The notes: a model not told the origin generated them from the sequence alone. A DNA stretch of 53,934 bases, filler included, from a bacterium (GCA_040757115.1; 11 parts of 11 records of this genome joined end to end with filler, not necessarily neighbours in it); one strand, 5' to 3'; counted from the first letter of the whole stretch, positions 11,295 to 22,300 are shown. Made by a program: numbers and translations.

Positions 11295-11441
11295 ATTATA
11301 CAGAAAATAATAAATTTGTCAAGTGAAATTTTATAACTTTTTTATTAAAATATTCATAACGGTATAATTAGCAATGAGTTAAGACAGCCTAAAATATTTT
11401 TATTCATTTTACTTGACTTTTTATGGATTGGTTAGTATAAT
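11295..11441. promoter_or_regulatory. Divergent sigma70-type promoters
   Basis: Plus strand TTGACT(11413)-17-TATAAT(11436); minus strand TTGACA(11322)-16-TATAAT(11300). Confidence 0.7.
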
Positions 11442-11459
11442 GAAGCGTGGAAAAGTAAT

Positions 11460-12338
11460 ATGATTCCAAAAGAGGTTTTAAAAAGGGTCAAAAAGATTGA
11501 GATTAGAACTCGTAATTTAGTCAGTGAAATGTTTGCGGGCGAGTATCACTCTGTATTTAAAGGTAGAGGGATAGAATTTACTGAAGTGCGCGAATACCAA
11601 TTTGGAGATGATATTAGAAATATTGATTGGAATGTAACGGCAAAAATGACTCATCCTTATGTAAAAAAATACCGTGAGGAAAGAGAATTAACAGTTATAC
11701 TCGTCATAGATGCAAGTTCCTCAAATAAATTTGGGACAGTCGCACAAATGAAAAGCGAGATAGGTATAGAAATAAGTGCATTGCTGGCATTTTCTGCTAT
11801 AAAAAATAATGACCGAGTAGGATTAATCATCTTTACGGATAAAGTTGAGAAGTTTGTTCCACCTAAAAAGGGTAAAAAACATGTTCTGCGTGTGTTAAGA
11901 GAACTTTTATATTTTAAACCATCAGCAACCAGAACAGATATTAATTGTGCCTTAGAATATTTAAGTCATATCATCAGAAAAAAAGCAGTCGTATTCTTAA
12001 TCTCAGATTTTTTAGCTAAAGATTACGCAACATCATTAAAGATTGCTAATAAACGACATGATGTTATCGCGATTAATATTATTGACCCACGAGAAATAGA
12101 ATTGCCAGATGTGGGATTTATAGAACTAAAAGATGCAGAAACACAAGAAGATGTTTTAATTGATACATCTGATATATCATTTCGTAATACTTTCCGTGAA
12201 TTGAATCTTAAAAAACAAAATCAACTTAATAAATTATTTGGCGGGATTGGCGTAGATTCAATTGATATTTGGACAAATAAATCCTATGTAGAACCACTTA
12301 TGAACTTTTTTATCAAACGAGCAAAAAGGTTTAGGTAA
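11460..12338 (+). CDS. DUF58 (vWA-like, MoxR-associated) protein
   Basis: KGRGIEFTEVREYQFGDDIRNIDWNVTA and LISDF motifs. Confidence 0.9.
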   Translation: MIPKEVLKRVKKIEIRTRNLVSEMFAGEYHSVFKGRGIEFTEVREYQFGDDIRNIDWNVTAKMTHPYVKKYREERELTVILVIDASSSNKFGTVAQMKSEIGIEISALLAFSAIKNNDRVGLIIFTDKVEKFVPPKKGKKHVLRVLRELLYFKPSATRTDINCALEYLSHIIRKKAVVFLISDFLAKDYATSLKIANKRHDVIAINIIDPREIELPDVGFIELKDAETQEDVLIDTSDISFRNTFRELNLKKQNQLNKLFGGIGVDSIDIWTNKSYVEPLMNFFIKRAKRFR

Positions 12339-12372
12339 GTTAATTTGTAAAGGTTCAGTTATCAGTTTTTTC

Positions 12373-12605
12373 GTAACCGTTCACAGCAAGATGCCACAGA
12401 GACGCAGAGAAAAAATTAAAATCTATTCACCAGAGACAGAAATTTCCTTTTTTTGTGCATTTTGGGTCTTTCGTTATTTATTAATCTTTTAATACTTACT
12501 TTTGACTAACTGTTTTTAAGCCTTTTTAAACACCGAAAAACGCGAAAAACAGGGAAAAAAGATATTTGCCTCTCTGTTTCTCTGCGTCTGTGCGGTAAAG
12601 GATTA
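12373..12605. mobile_element. GTAACCGTTCA-family element with eroded right end
   Basis: Left end plus CACAGAGACGCAGAG / CTCTGCGTCTGTGCG arms. Confidence 0.65.
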
Positions 12606-12620
12606 TGGAGGTGAAAAGTT

Positions 12621-12818
12621 ATGTTAGGACCAATTGGACTGCCAGAATTAGGGGTTATTTTAGTGATAGTGTTGGTTATTTTTGGCGCAGGGAAATTACC
12701 TCAGGTAGGTAAAAGCCTGGGGAAAGGGATTAAAGAATTTCAATCGGCAATTAAAGGTAGTGATGAAGAAAGTAATGAGAACAAAAAAGGCGAGATTAAA
12801 GAAAAAACAGGAGAATAA
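12621..12818 (+). CDS. tatA: Twin-arginine translocase TatA
   Basis: [21 protein letters not shown]. Confidence 0.92.
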   Translation: MLGPIGLPELGVILVIVLVIFGAGKLPQVGKSLGKGIKEFQSAIKGSDEESNENKKGEIKEKTGE

Positions 12819-12826
12819 GGATGCAG

Positions 12827-12911
12827 GTAACGAGCCAGCCATAGATGCACACAGACTCTCCTGTGTTATTTATCCATGCTGACCCGTGTTAATCAGTGGC
12901 TGAATAGTTAC
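12827..12911. mobile_element. Short GTAAC...GCTGAATAGTTAC element
   Basis: Right half is the reverse complement of 26424-26450. Confidence 0.65.
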
Positions 12912-12924
12912 CCTCACTTTCTCT

Positions 12925-13069
12925 TATAGTAAGTATTAACCAAAAGTTCACATTAGTATTGTTGATAGTTGATGGTTGATAGTCTATGAAACTATCAACT
13001 ATAAACTATCAACCATCAACCCTGTTGCTATATCTGTTCTATGAGAAATTTTCGTTAATAACTACTATA
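12925..13069. mobile_element. MITE-like element TATAGTAAGTATTAACC...GTTAATAACTACTATA with a (GTTGATR)n/(AACTATM)n hairpin
   Basis: Near-identical copies at 38174-38318 and 52046-52246. Confidence 0.88.
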
Positions 13070-13086
13070 TCTGTGAGGTGATAGGG

Positions 13087-13296
13087 ATGTTTGGAATTGG
13101 TATGTCAGAATTGATTATTATTCTTATAATTGCTCTTATTGTTTTTGGTCCTAAAAGGATGCCGGAAATGGGTAAGGCTCTGGGACGGGCAATGAAAGAA
13201 TTCAGAAAGGCAACACAAGAATTAAAAGAAGAATTACAATTTAATGAATCTGGAGGGCATTTAGAGAAAGAAAAAACTAAAGAATTACTCGGTTAA
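13087..13296 (+). CDS. tatA: Second TatA/TatB-family subunit
   Basis: MFGIGMSELIIILIIALIVFGPKRMPEMGKALG. Confidence 0.85.
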   Translation: MFGIGMSELIIILIIALIVFGPKRMPEMGKALGRAMKEFRKATQELKEELQFNESGGHLEKEKTKELLG

Positions 13297-13355
13297 GAGG
13301 AGATTCACGGTTAATCTCAAAACCTTGAACCCTGTGAACCCAATTAACTCCTTTT

Positions 13356-13658
13356 TAGGGTTCTGCAAAATAGGATTTGGGGGAGACAACAAATAAATAT
13401 CAAATATTAAATATCAAAATGCAAAATTACAAATCAAATTTCAAAAAGGAAATAGCAGGGTTTCTCAAAGAGTTGGAGGAATTTGGTAATATCTTTGCTT
13501 CAAGTATTTTAACGCTGAAAGGAAAGAGATAATTTTACATTTTGATATGTAATTTTTATATTTGCTTTTTGCATTTTGCTCTTTGGAGGAAATTGATAAA
13601 AATAGAGGTTTTAAATACCCGCTTAAAAACTACAATTTCCTATTTTTGCAGAACTCTA
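13356..13658. mobile_element. MITE with TAGGGTTCTGCAAAA / TTTTGCAGAACTCTA ends and a 10-bp flanking direct repeat AACTCCTTTT
   Basis: Direct repeats at 13346-13355 and 13659-13668. Confidence 0.85.
13419..13532 (+). pseudogene. In-frame internally deleted four-helix-bundle (TIGR02436-like) gene remnant
   Basis: Manual translation MQNYKSNFKKEIAGFLKELEEFGNIFASSILTLKGKR*; N- and C-termini resemble that family. Confidence 0.6.
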
Positions 13659-13666
13659 AACTCCTT

Positions 13667-14137
13667 TTAAAATATATCCTTTGGATTTAAATTTTTAAGT
13701 TCCTCTTTAAATCTTCTCATTTCCTCATCATCAATAGGATGTTGGGGCATAGAAATGGTGCTTATCACATGGTCTGTAACAAAAATAGGTGAATCGGTTC
13801 TTAAAGCTAATGCAATTGCATCACTTGGCCGAGAATCTACCTCAACTAAATTGTTCCCATAATTAATAAATACTTTAGCAAAATAAGTGTTATTACAAAG
13901 TGCCGTAATTACTATTTTATCGACCTCTCCACCCATAGTTTCAATAACTGATTTCAATAAATCATGGGTTAGTGGTCGTGGTGGAAGTATTCCTTCTAAT
14001 GCAAAAAGTATTGCCTGTGCCTCAAATATACCCACCCAAATTGGAAGTGCTTTTTGCCCATCCTCATTTTTCAAAATAATAATAGGCATATTATTATTAT
14101 CAACCGCTATTCCTACTACCTTCATTTGTTCTATCAC
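13667..14137 (-). CDS. Bifunctional nuclease domain protein (DUF151)
   Basis: LPIWVGIFEAQAI, PRPLTHDLL and DSRPSDAIALALR motifs. Confidence 0.92.
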   Translation of the reverse strand: MIEQMKVVGIAVDNNNMPIIILKNEDGQKALPIWVGIFEAQAILFALEGILPPRPLTHDLLKSVIETMGGEVDKIVITALCNNTYFAKVFINYGNNLVEVDSRPSDAIALALRTDSPIFVTDHVISTISMPQHPIDDEEMRRFKEELKNLNPKDIF

Positions 14138-14316
14138 TTTTTATTCCCTCCATTTCTTTAAAAAATTTATTAGTTAATTATAGATTACCTTATTTTTTGC
14201 AAAAAGTCAACAGAAATTTTTGGTAGTGTGTAATGGGGCAGTGGGGGAGCGTTCACAATTTGGGACTTGTGGTTAGTTTATAGATTTTTCAAGGGGATTT
14301 TGCCATTTTAAAATTC

Positions 14317-14802
14317 GTAAGCGTTCAGCCACACAGACACAGAGTTCACAGAGAATTAAGGAAAGTAGCCACAAATGGATACGAATTAACCTCTGACATC
14401 CCATAAATGTAGTGCGAAGCTTTAAGTTCGCCTTTTGGCTTGCCAGAAGCGAATCTAACGCCTCGCAGTACAAATCTTTGTAAGCGTTCAGGTGGTGTAA
14501 GAAAAGGAGATATGGAGATAAAGGAGATAAGGGGATATATTTAGGAGTTTTTGGTGAAAGGATTAGGGTTAGGAAGCTGGTTTGGTTTAGGGGTTATAAA
14601 AGTTAGTCTTTTTGCATAACCATTTTGCCCAATTATCCAGGAAATTTATAATCTCCACATCTCCCCAATCCCCTTATCTTCCTTCTTACACTTCTAATGT
14701 ATAACCTGAACGGTTACAAATCTTTATTGTATTTGTGTTCATTCGTGGTTATATATTTCCTCTGTGTTCTCTGTGACTCTGTGGCTATATCCTGACGATT
14801 AC
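14317..14802. mobile_element. Outer GTAAGCGTTCAG element carrying a nested element
   Basis: Ends GTAAGCGTTCAG / CCTGACGATTAC; right part matches 135-207. Confidence 0.75.
14480..14717. mobile_element. Nested GTAAGCGTTCAGG...CCTGAACGGTTAC element with 8-bp TSD AAATCTTT
   Basis: Direct repeats at 14472-14479 and 14718-14725. Confidence 0.88.
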
Positions 14803-14853
14803 CAAAAAATCATTTGCATTTTAAGCATGAATGTGATATACTAAAAATGAATT

Positions 14854-15657
14854 ATGGATACGAAATCTTTATTACAATTAATATCTCTATTCTTCACCCC
14901 CTGTAAAGGGGCTTCTAAACTTCCAAAAGGATACAAGGAAATTAAAGTCAAAACCCCAGATGGGATTAAAATTGCCTTTAATGAATTAAATAGCGGGAAA
15001 AATAAGGTCATTATTATCTGCCATGGGATTAATGAATACAAAGATTCTCCTGTATTTACCAGTATCAGCAGGGAATTTGAGGAGGAATATGATGTCATTA
15101 ATATGGATTTGCGAGGGCATGGGAGAAGTGGGGGTAAATGCACCTTAACGGCATTAGAACCTTATGATTTAAAAGCAGTAGTGGATTATGCCCGCAAAAC
15201 CCATGAAAAGGTGGGTGTGATTGGCTTTTCTCTCGGTGCAGGCACAGCTATTTTGGAAACTGCTGACTATAAAAATATTGATTCTCTTATTCTAATTAGT
15301 TCATTTACAGGGATTTTAAAGGGAAATTTCAGATTCTGGGAAAAGGAGGCATTTAATAGTGTAAAAAGACATTTCAATGATTGTTACAAAAGGGCTAAAA
15401 TCGGAAATGTATTTTTACCCAAAAACGACCCGATAGATGTTATTGATAAAATCTCGCCAATACCCATCCTCTTTTTACACGGAACAGAAGATTGGGTATT
15501 TGATGTTTCTCATAGCCAAAAGCTTTATGAAAAGGCTAAAGAACCCAAAAAACTAATTATCTTTGAAAATGCCGCCCATGCGGAAGACTTATATACAAAA
15601 TTCCCGAAAGAATTCAGAAATATCTGTCTTGAATGGTTTAAGGAAACAATGAAATGA
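14854..15657 (+). CDS. Alpha/beta hydrolase
   Basis: HG, DLRGHGRS, GFSLGA nucleophile elbow, HGTED and AAH motifs; TTGCAT(14814)-17-TATACT promoter upstream. Confidence 0.9.
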   Translation: MDTKSLLQLISLFFTPCKGASKLPKGYKEIKVKTPDGIKIAFNELNSGKNKVIIICHGINEYKDSPVFTSISREFEEEYDVINMDLRGHGRSGGKCTLTALEPYDLKAVVDYARKTHEKVGVIGFSLGAGTAILETADYKNIDSLILISSFTGILKGNFRFWEKEAFNSVKRHFNDCYKRAKIGNVFLPKNDPIDVIDKISPIPILFLHGTEDWVFDVSHSQKLYEKAKEPKKLIIFENAAHAEDLYTKFPKEFRNICLEWFKETMK

Positions 15658-16355
15658 CATTAATACAACTTGGCTTTACATTATTTATGTATCTCCTGGG
15701 AACGGTGTTTGTGGGAATATGTTTATTGCCGGGACTATCTCTTACTTTTATTATCTGGCAAAACTCATCCGGATTAATCCTTCCCTTAAGGATATTAAGT
15801 ATTTCCCTATCGTTAGCCGCCACCTATTTTATCTACGGAATTACTCTAATCTTTGTCATTGGGCTTTGTCGAGTCATATTTAGATTAAAGTTAAAGGAAG
15901 GCGAATATCCTTATTTCTCCATTGGGGCAATGAAATGGGCATTTACCAATGCCTTTGTCTTACTGGTCAATGTTACCTTTATGGACTTTATGATGCTGAC
16001 ACCGTTAAATATCCTGTTTTATCGAATGATGGGGGCGAAGATAGGGAATAGGGTGCAAATCAACTCCAAAAAATTGGCAGATGTCTCCCTCATAGAAATA
16101 GGCGATGATACGGTCATCGGAGGAGATGCTGTCTTGATTTGTCATGTGGCAGAAAGGGGAAGATTAAAACTTAAACCTGTGAAAATCGGAAGTAAGGTAA
16201 CGGTAGGATTAAATTCTATCATCTTGCCTGGTGTAGAAATTGGGGATTCGTCAATCATAGATATTTGCTCAGTCATCCGTAAAAATGAAAAACTACCTCC
16301 AAAAACAGTTTTTAGCAGTATATCTGCTAAAAATATACGGCAAAAAGAAAAGTGA
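15654..16355 (+). CDS. Membrane-anchored hexapeptide-repeat (LbH) acyltransferase-like protein
   Basis: N-terminal TM helices; GAKIGNRVQI, IEIGDDTVIG and VKIGSKVTVG repeats; ATGA overlap with the upstream gene. Confidence 0.75.
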   Translation: MTLIQLGFTLFMYLLGTVFVGICLLPGLSLTFIIWQNSSGLILPLRILSISLSLAATYFIYGITLIFVIGLCRVIFRLKLKEGEYPYFSIGAMKWAFTNAFVLLVNVTFMDFMMLTPLNILFYRMMGAKIGNRVQINSKKLADVSLIEIGDDTVIGGDAVLICHVAERGRLKLKPVKIGSKVTVGLNSIILPGVEIGDSSIIDICSVIRKNEKLPPKTVFSSISAKNIRQKEK

Positions 16356-16367
16356 TTAGTTTATTAA

Positions 16368-16860
16368 AGGGACTCGGGGCTCGGGACTCGGGACTCGGGG
16401 CTCGGGACTCGGGAATAAAAGAATCCCCTAACCCCGGAAGTGTGAGTGTCAATGAAGAAAGGTTTCAATTCCTTAACTGACACTGACACTTATTTTCAGG
16501 AGAACGGTCATGAACCATTAGTTCACAAATGAAGATGAGAATAGTAGGTAGGAGATAGAAGGTAGGAGGTAAGGAGATAAGCGTGAGGAGTGGTGTTTTC
16601 TTTACTTTCTACTTTCTACTCTCTACTTTCTTATTTTCAGGAGAATAGTAGGTAGGAGATAGAAGGTGGAAGATGGGGAGATAAGCGTGAGGAATGATGT
16701 TTTCTTTACTTTCTACTTTCTACTCTCTACTTTCTTATTTTCAGGAGAATAGTAGGTAGGAGATAGAAGGTGGAAGATGGGGAGATAAGCGTGAGGAGTG
16801 GTGTTTTCTTTACTTTCTACTTTCTACTCTCTACTCTCTACTTTCTTATTTTCAGGAGAA
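16368..16860. repeat. Composite repeat block: (GGGACTC)n, an ATTTTCAGGAGAA unit (16492-16542), and three tandem 104-111-bp units from 16537, 16641 and 16745
   Basis: Direct tandem repetition; reverse-complement copies at 35761-36003 and 48870-49098. Confidence 0.88.
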
Positions 16861-16865
16861 GTAGA

Positions 16866-18509
16866 ATGCTCAAAGGGTTAAATAGTATTGAAGATATAAT
16901 AGATACTCTGAAGAAATATGGTGAAAAAATAGCCCTTCAGATAAAAGGAGATACAGGGTTTCATAGTTTATCATATCTTGAACTAAATAATAGAAGTTTT
17001 GATGTTTCATCGACATTGATTAAATCAGGGGTTGAAAAAGGAGACAGAATTGCAATCCTTTCTGAAAATAGACCCGAATGGGCAATTGCCTTCTTTGGCA
17101 TTATCTTTTCCGGGGCAATCGTTGTGCCGCTCGACATCAAACTAAAAGAAAAAGAATTGACTTACATCCTCAATAATTGTGAGGCAGAATATATCTTCGC
17201 CTCTGCCAGATTTATTGACCTCATCAAAACTCTAAAAACTAAAATTAGAATGGTCATATCCCTGGATGAAAAGATAGGGGAAGATATTCTTTCTTTAAAA
17301 GAGTTAAAGTCTGTTGAAGGAGAACTTAAACACCGTGCCATAGAACTAAACGATACTGCGGTAATTATTTACACCTCAGGGACTACCGGCAATCCTAAAG
17401 GTGTAGAACTGACTTATCAGAATCTTTTTTTTCAAATTTCCTCCTTTGGTAAAATGCTCAAATATGGAGCTAAGGATAATTTCCTCTCTATTTTGCCATT
17501 AAATCATGCCTATGAACTTATCTGTGGATTTTTAGGACCACTTCACGGTGGCTCATCCATTACCTATCTGCGGAGTTTAAAACCTGCAGAAATCATCTCG
17601 ACTATGAAACAAACCCAGACCACAATTATGATTGTTGTGCCTTTGATATTACAGATGTTTTACAAAAATGTGATGAAAGAGATTGAAAAATCCCCAATCC
17701 ATATTAAAAAATCATTTGAGATGATTTTAGTGCTGTCAAAATATTTAGGGAAATGGAATACCATCAGATACCTGCTTTTTAAAAAGGTTCATTTGGGATT
17801 TGGTGGTAGGTTACGGTGTTTTATTAGTGGTGGTGCACCACTTGACCCACAAATAGCCACGAATTTCCAATTAATGGGCATACCTGTGCTTCAAGGTTAT
17901 GGACTTAGTGAAACCTCACCTGTAACCTCAGCTAATACATTTAAGGAAAATCGCCCTGGCTCTGTTGGAAAACCTTTACCAGAAGTAAATGTAAAAATTA
18001 GTGATGAAGGAGAAATACTTATTCAGGGACCCCATTTAATGAAGGGATACTTCAAAGACTCTGCCCTGACACAAGAAGCAATAAGAGATGGTTGGTTTCA
18101 TACCGGAGATATAGGTGAGATTGATAAGGATGGATTTTTATACATTAAAGGCAGGCTAAAAAATCTTATCGTAACCGCTGGCGGTAAGAAAATTCACCCG
18201 GAAGAAGTTGAAGAAGAAATCTTAAAAAGCCCCTGTATCAAAGAGATATGTGTTATCGGAAAACCAGGCAGGAAAGGTGGAGAAGAGGTTTATGCGGTGG
18301 TTGTGCCTGATTATGACTATTTTAAAGAAAAAGATGAGGAAGGGATAAAAAAACTCGTTGAGAAGGAGATAAAAAAATATTGTTCGATCTTAGCCGATTA
18401 TAAGCGGATCGTGGATTTTGAGATATGGAAAGGAGAGTTACCTAAAACTTCGACAAGAAAGGTGAAAAGAAAAGAGATATTGGAAAGGATTCAGCAGGGA
18501 CAAAGATGA
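16866..18509 (+). CDS. Long-chain fatty-acid--CoA ligase (AMP-binding)
   Basis: YTSGTTGNPKG, GYGLSETSP and FHTGDIG motifs; the true start is likely ATG 16866, since the track's N-terminus is translated repeat. Confidence 0.9.
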   Translation: MLKGLNSIEDIIDTLKKYGEKIALQIKGDTGFHSLSYLELNNRSFDVSSTLIKSGVEKGDRIAILSENRPEWAIAFFGIIFSGAIVVPLDIKLKEKELTYILNNCEAEYIFASARFIDLIKTLKTKIRMVISLDEKIGEDILSLKELKSVEGELKHRAIELNDTAVIIYTSGTTGNPKGVELTYQNLFFQISSFGKMLKYGAKDNFLSILPLNHAYELICGFLGPLHGGSSITYLRSLKPAEIISTMKQTQTTIMIVVPLILQMFYKNVMKEIEKSPIHIKKSFEMILVLSKYLGKWNTIRYLLFKKVHLGFGGRLRCFISGGAPLDPQIATNFQLMGIPVLQGYGLSETSPVTSANTFKENRPGSVGKPLPEVNVKISDEGEILIQGPHLMKGYFKDSALTQEAIRDGWFHTGDIGEIDKDGFLYIKGRLKNLIVTAGGKKIHPEEVEEEILKSPCIKEICVIGKPGRKGGEEVYAVVVPDYDYFKEKDEEGIKKLVEKEIKKYCSILADYKRIVDFEIWKGELPKTSTRKVKRKEILERIQQGQR

Positions 18510-18544
18510 AATAAAGAGTCAAAACATTCAGGAAGCGATTTCCT

Positions 18545-18715
18545 ATCACTATAAAAATCAACAATATACTCCCCAATAGGCTTTTGTCTCATAAACTGAT
18601 AGCCATTCATCTTTCTGCTTCTCAAATACTTCCAAAGCAATACTTCCGATAAAACCCCTTGCTTTCTAAGTTCTCTGGCGTAAGTTTTCAATTTCGGATT
18701 GTAATGAATCTTCAT
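18545..18715 (-). pseudogene. Truncated DUF559 (Vsr-like endonuclease) gene
   Basis: YNPKLKTYARELRKQGVLSEVLLWKYLR...FMRQKPIGEYIVDFY, after which similarity ends. Confidence 0.8.
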
Positions 18716-18808
18716 ACTTACAACCCCCTAACCCCCTTTATATACTTACAACCCCCTAACCCCCTTTATATACTTACAACCCCCTAACCCCCTTTATTAA
18801 GGGGGAAT
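18714..18808. repeat. 3 x 28-bp tandem ATACTTACAACCCCCTAACCCCCTTTAT plus CCCCCTTTATTAAGGGGG hairpin
   Basis: Same motif at 31898-31929 and, inverted, at 49201-49270. Confidence 0.85.
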
Positions 18809-18849
18809 ATCTGTCCTCCACCTCTAATCTTTTCTATATTTGGGTGAGG

Positions 18850-19085
18850 GAATTTCGTGAAGCCCTATTCTATCTGTGTTAATCCGTGTCCATCAGTGGT
18901 TGAATGAGGACATCAGTTTTAAGTTTTGAGTTGTAGATTTGACTTTTGACATTTGAGTTTTGAGTTAATATTGTCCAGTTTGATGGGCAAGGCTGAACGG
19001 TTACCTTTTATGTGCTCTAATTTATTTCTATGTCTTCTCTGCGAACTCTTGCGTCTCTGCGGTAAAGGACTACCTGAACGGTTAC
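18850..19085. mobile_element. Stacked element fragments (AATTTCGTGAAGCCCTA end, TTTTGAG heptamers, two CTGAACGGTTAC ends)
   Basis: Recurring termini; 19016-19040 matches 49457-49481. Confidence 0.7.
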
Positions 19086-19092
19086 GAATTAT

Positions 19093-19276
19093 CGACCTGT
19101 GCGGTTAAATGTAAAATGGATAATGTAAAATGAGAAATGTAAAATGAAAATGTATAACTGAAAGGTAATGAGTCTTGCGAAGTCCTAAAATTTCCCATTT
19201 TTCATTTCCTATTTTACATTTTACATTTATTTTTCCTTTGCGTCTCTGCGATGAATTAGTCTAATCGCACAGGTGG
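19093..19276. mobile_element. CGACCTGTGCGGTTA...TAATCGCACAGGT MITE with (AAAATGT)n/(TTTACAT)n arms
   Basis: Near-identical copy at 43099-43268. Confidence 0.88.
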
Positions 19277-19284
19277 AATTTTAT

Positions 19285-19313
19285 TTGACATCTATTTCTA
19301 TATTTGATATAAT
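19285..19313 (+). promoter_or_regulatory. Consensus sigma70 promoter
   Basis: TTGACA-17-TATAAT, 8 nt before ATG 19322. Confidence 0.8.
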
Positions 19314-19321
19314 CTTATTTA

Positions 19322-22300
19322 ATGAAACGAGTAGTGATTATTCTGGCAATATTACTTCTATTGGCGAAGGAATCCACTGCCTCGTTAAGTGATTTCCTTA
19401 ATCCTGGGAGTGCGACTCAAATCAGTGGCACAGTCACATCAATTATTGATGGAGATACCATTAAGGTTGAAATGTCTGGCACGGAAACTACGGTTCGATT
19501 ATTAAGTATTGACACTCCAGAACTTATGGATGAGCCTTTTGCTCAAACCGCAAAAGATTTTGCCTCTCAAACATTATCAACTCAACCCATCCAATTATTT
19601 TATTCTAAAAACCCCACTCAACAATGGGATGACTATGGTAGATTGTTAGCGGTTGTGGTTAAGGATGACGAGATATTCAATCTTAAACTCCTTGAACAAG
19701 GGTTAGCTGTTCGGATGTTTATCTTTAACGATATTATCAAATTCCCTGCCTGGGAAGATGTAGAAATCTGGGCAAGACAACAGGGATTAAATATCTGGTC
19801 AAATATTAATCAGAAAGGAATATTTATCAATGAAATTAACCCGAATCCTGCTGGAACAGATACAGATGCAGAATTTGTCGAATTATATAATAATACTGCA
19901 ACTGCGGTGGATGTAAGTAATTGGGCATTTATCTCTATCTATAATGAATTTATTATCCCTGCTGGAACAACTATTCCTGCAAATGGATATTTAATCATTG
20001 CCCGGACTGATACCGCCAGTTTTAAACAAATATACACAACCACACCACCATCTACGATTATTATCGATGCTGGAGATAATTTAATCCTGCGAAATAGTTA
20101 TATTCCTGAAGAAGACCTGCTCATTCATCTTAAGGCAGATGATAAATCTTATCAAGATTCCCTGACCTACAATTTGGAGTGGGATAATGGTGATGCAAAC
20201 GACACAGGAAGAACCCTTGAGCGAAAAAGCCTTTCTCTTACCAATGTTGGCGATAGCGAAGTAGGTGGTGTGGATGATTTGAACTGGGATGCAAGTCTTA
20301 ATTTAAAAGGCAGTCCTGGAGAATCTAACATCCGTGATGAATTAGATGTGGCAAGCTGGATTATCACCTGCCAGCGGACTACGGGGGCTATCTGCACCGA
20401 TGATTTTCAAACAAAAATCATCCCTTATAAGGCAAATATTGCGGCGATGGGACTACTTGAAAAAGGCGGCTATGAAGGAATAGTCAAAAAGTGGATAGAA
20501 TGGTTTTTCGCACACCTTGAGTGGGGAACAATATATGATTATTTAGTGCAAAGTGACACTGAAATATCCATCTATCCAGCTGAAGCAGAGGATAGAAATC
20601 TTGTCACCTTCTTTTCTCTATTAAAAAAATATTATCAGGCAACTTTCGATGTTGATTTCTTAAAAAATTATCAAAGCCAACTTAATGAGATGGGAATATG
20701 GTTGCTTTTTGTGCTTCAAGACTTCAATGATTATTTAATATGGACAAATACAAATAATGGTGGGGAGCGAAAATTATTGATAAATAATGCAGAATCCTAT
20801 CACGGGTTAAAAGATTTAGCCAGCCTTTATTTTGACCTTGATTTTGATGATAATCTTACTCAGCGTGATCTTTTTAATAGCGGAGCAGAATCTATAAAAC
20901 AAGCCATAAATACAGAATTATGGAACGCTAATTCGTATTATTGGGAAAAAGATAATTTAGGGAATAAAACAGCGTGTAATTGGGCGACCGTTTATCCAGA
21001 TGCCGTTTCACAACTACATACCATCTTGAATAATGTTAATCTACCAGAGGATTCCATAAGTGGGGGACTTTATCAAACCTTTAGCCATTTCCCACCTGAT
21101 ACAGATTTTTATGCTGAAGTTAGTTATGCGGCAAGTTTAATGGCAGATACAACCAATACCGAATTATATCAAGATTCCATTATGGCTAATGTCATCAATC
21201 AAGGTTATCCTTCACCATGGGATGTTGAGGATGCCGGCTTTTATCTGCTTGCGGAAAATAGACTTGCAGAGGTTGAGGAGATTCAACCACTTATCAATCA
21301 ACCTCAAGAACTTTGCCAGAATTTTATAGATTCGAGGATGCTGATTCCCTGGGGAGGTATCCAGGCACAATTTATGAATACTGCCCAACCAAGCCAGACA
21401 GACGGTGTCAATCATGAAGTCCCTTCAGAGGCAACCAGTCAAGCACTACTTTATGCCGCCGCTACCAATGATAAGGCATTTTTTGATGAACAATTTGAGA
21501 TTTTAATAGATAATCATCTCTCCCCAAAAGATGTTTTAGTCTGGAAATTGAAACCAAATAGTGAATGGTGGGAAAATAATGGTGGTAGTTACGCTAATGC
21601 AGCCATTGATGACCTGCGGGCTATTCGAGGATTACTTTTAGCCTATGATAACTTTGGAGATGAAAATTATTTAAATTATGCCAGATTACTTGCCGCTGGA
21701 CTAAAAAGCCATAATATCGAAGGAAATGAATTGCGGGATTATTTCGCCTGGAATGATGGTCTGGAAAACATTAGTCAGGATGTTGTTTTAAGTTATATTG
21801 ACCTTGCCACGATAAAAAGATTAACTGAGTTTGATACTGGCTGGGAAACAATCCTTCAGACTAACAAAAATATTATGCTTGGTGGGACGACCACCTCAGG
21901 TTTATTTTACCACAAATACACTTCAAACCAAAACCAATATTATGGGATGGAAAACAGTTTTATTAATATGATTCATTCGGCGTGGACTGCGGAGAATTTA
22001 GCCCGCTACTGGAAGATTACCGCAGACCAGGAATGTAGAACCGCCTCGACAAAATTCCTGGATTTTGCCAAAAACGAGTATAATACTTATGGAAAAATTT
22101 ATGGGCAATATGATATTAATACCGGAATACACAGTGTTGAATATGAAGATATTGCTGTTTATTCAATTATCGCCAGATTAGCCTTTATACTTGGTGATTT
22201 TGAATTTGCCAGCACATTAAAAAAAAATAAAATCCTGAATTATCAAAATAAAGAGATAAAAAGTCAAACCGTAGGTTGTTTTGGATTTGATTGGACAAAT

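Noticed and set aside
16537-16860. Possible CRISPR array (regular repeats here and at 35710-36050)
   Set aside because: Units are about 104-150 bp and the intervening sequences are near-identical rather than unique spacers; no cas genes are in view
16770-16865. N-terminal extension of the acyl-CoA ligase (and of DegT at 35595-35666)
   Set aside because: These are translations of repeat DNA; better starts with SD sequences lie downstream
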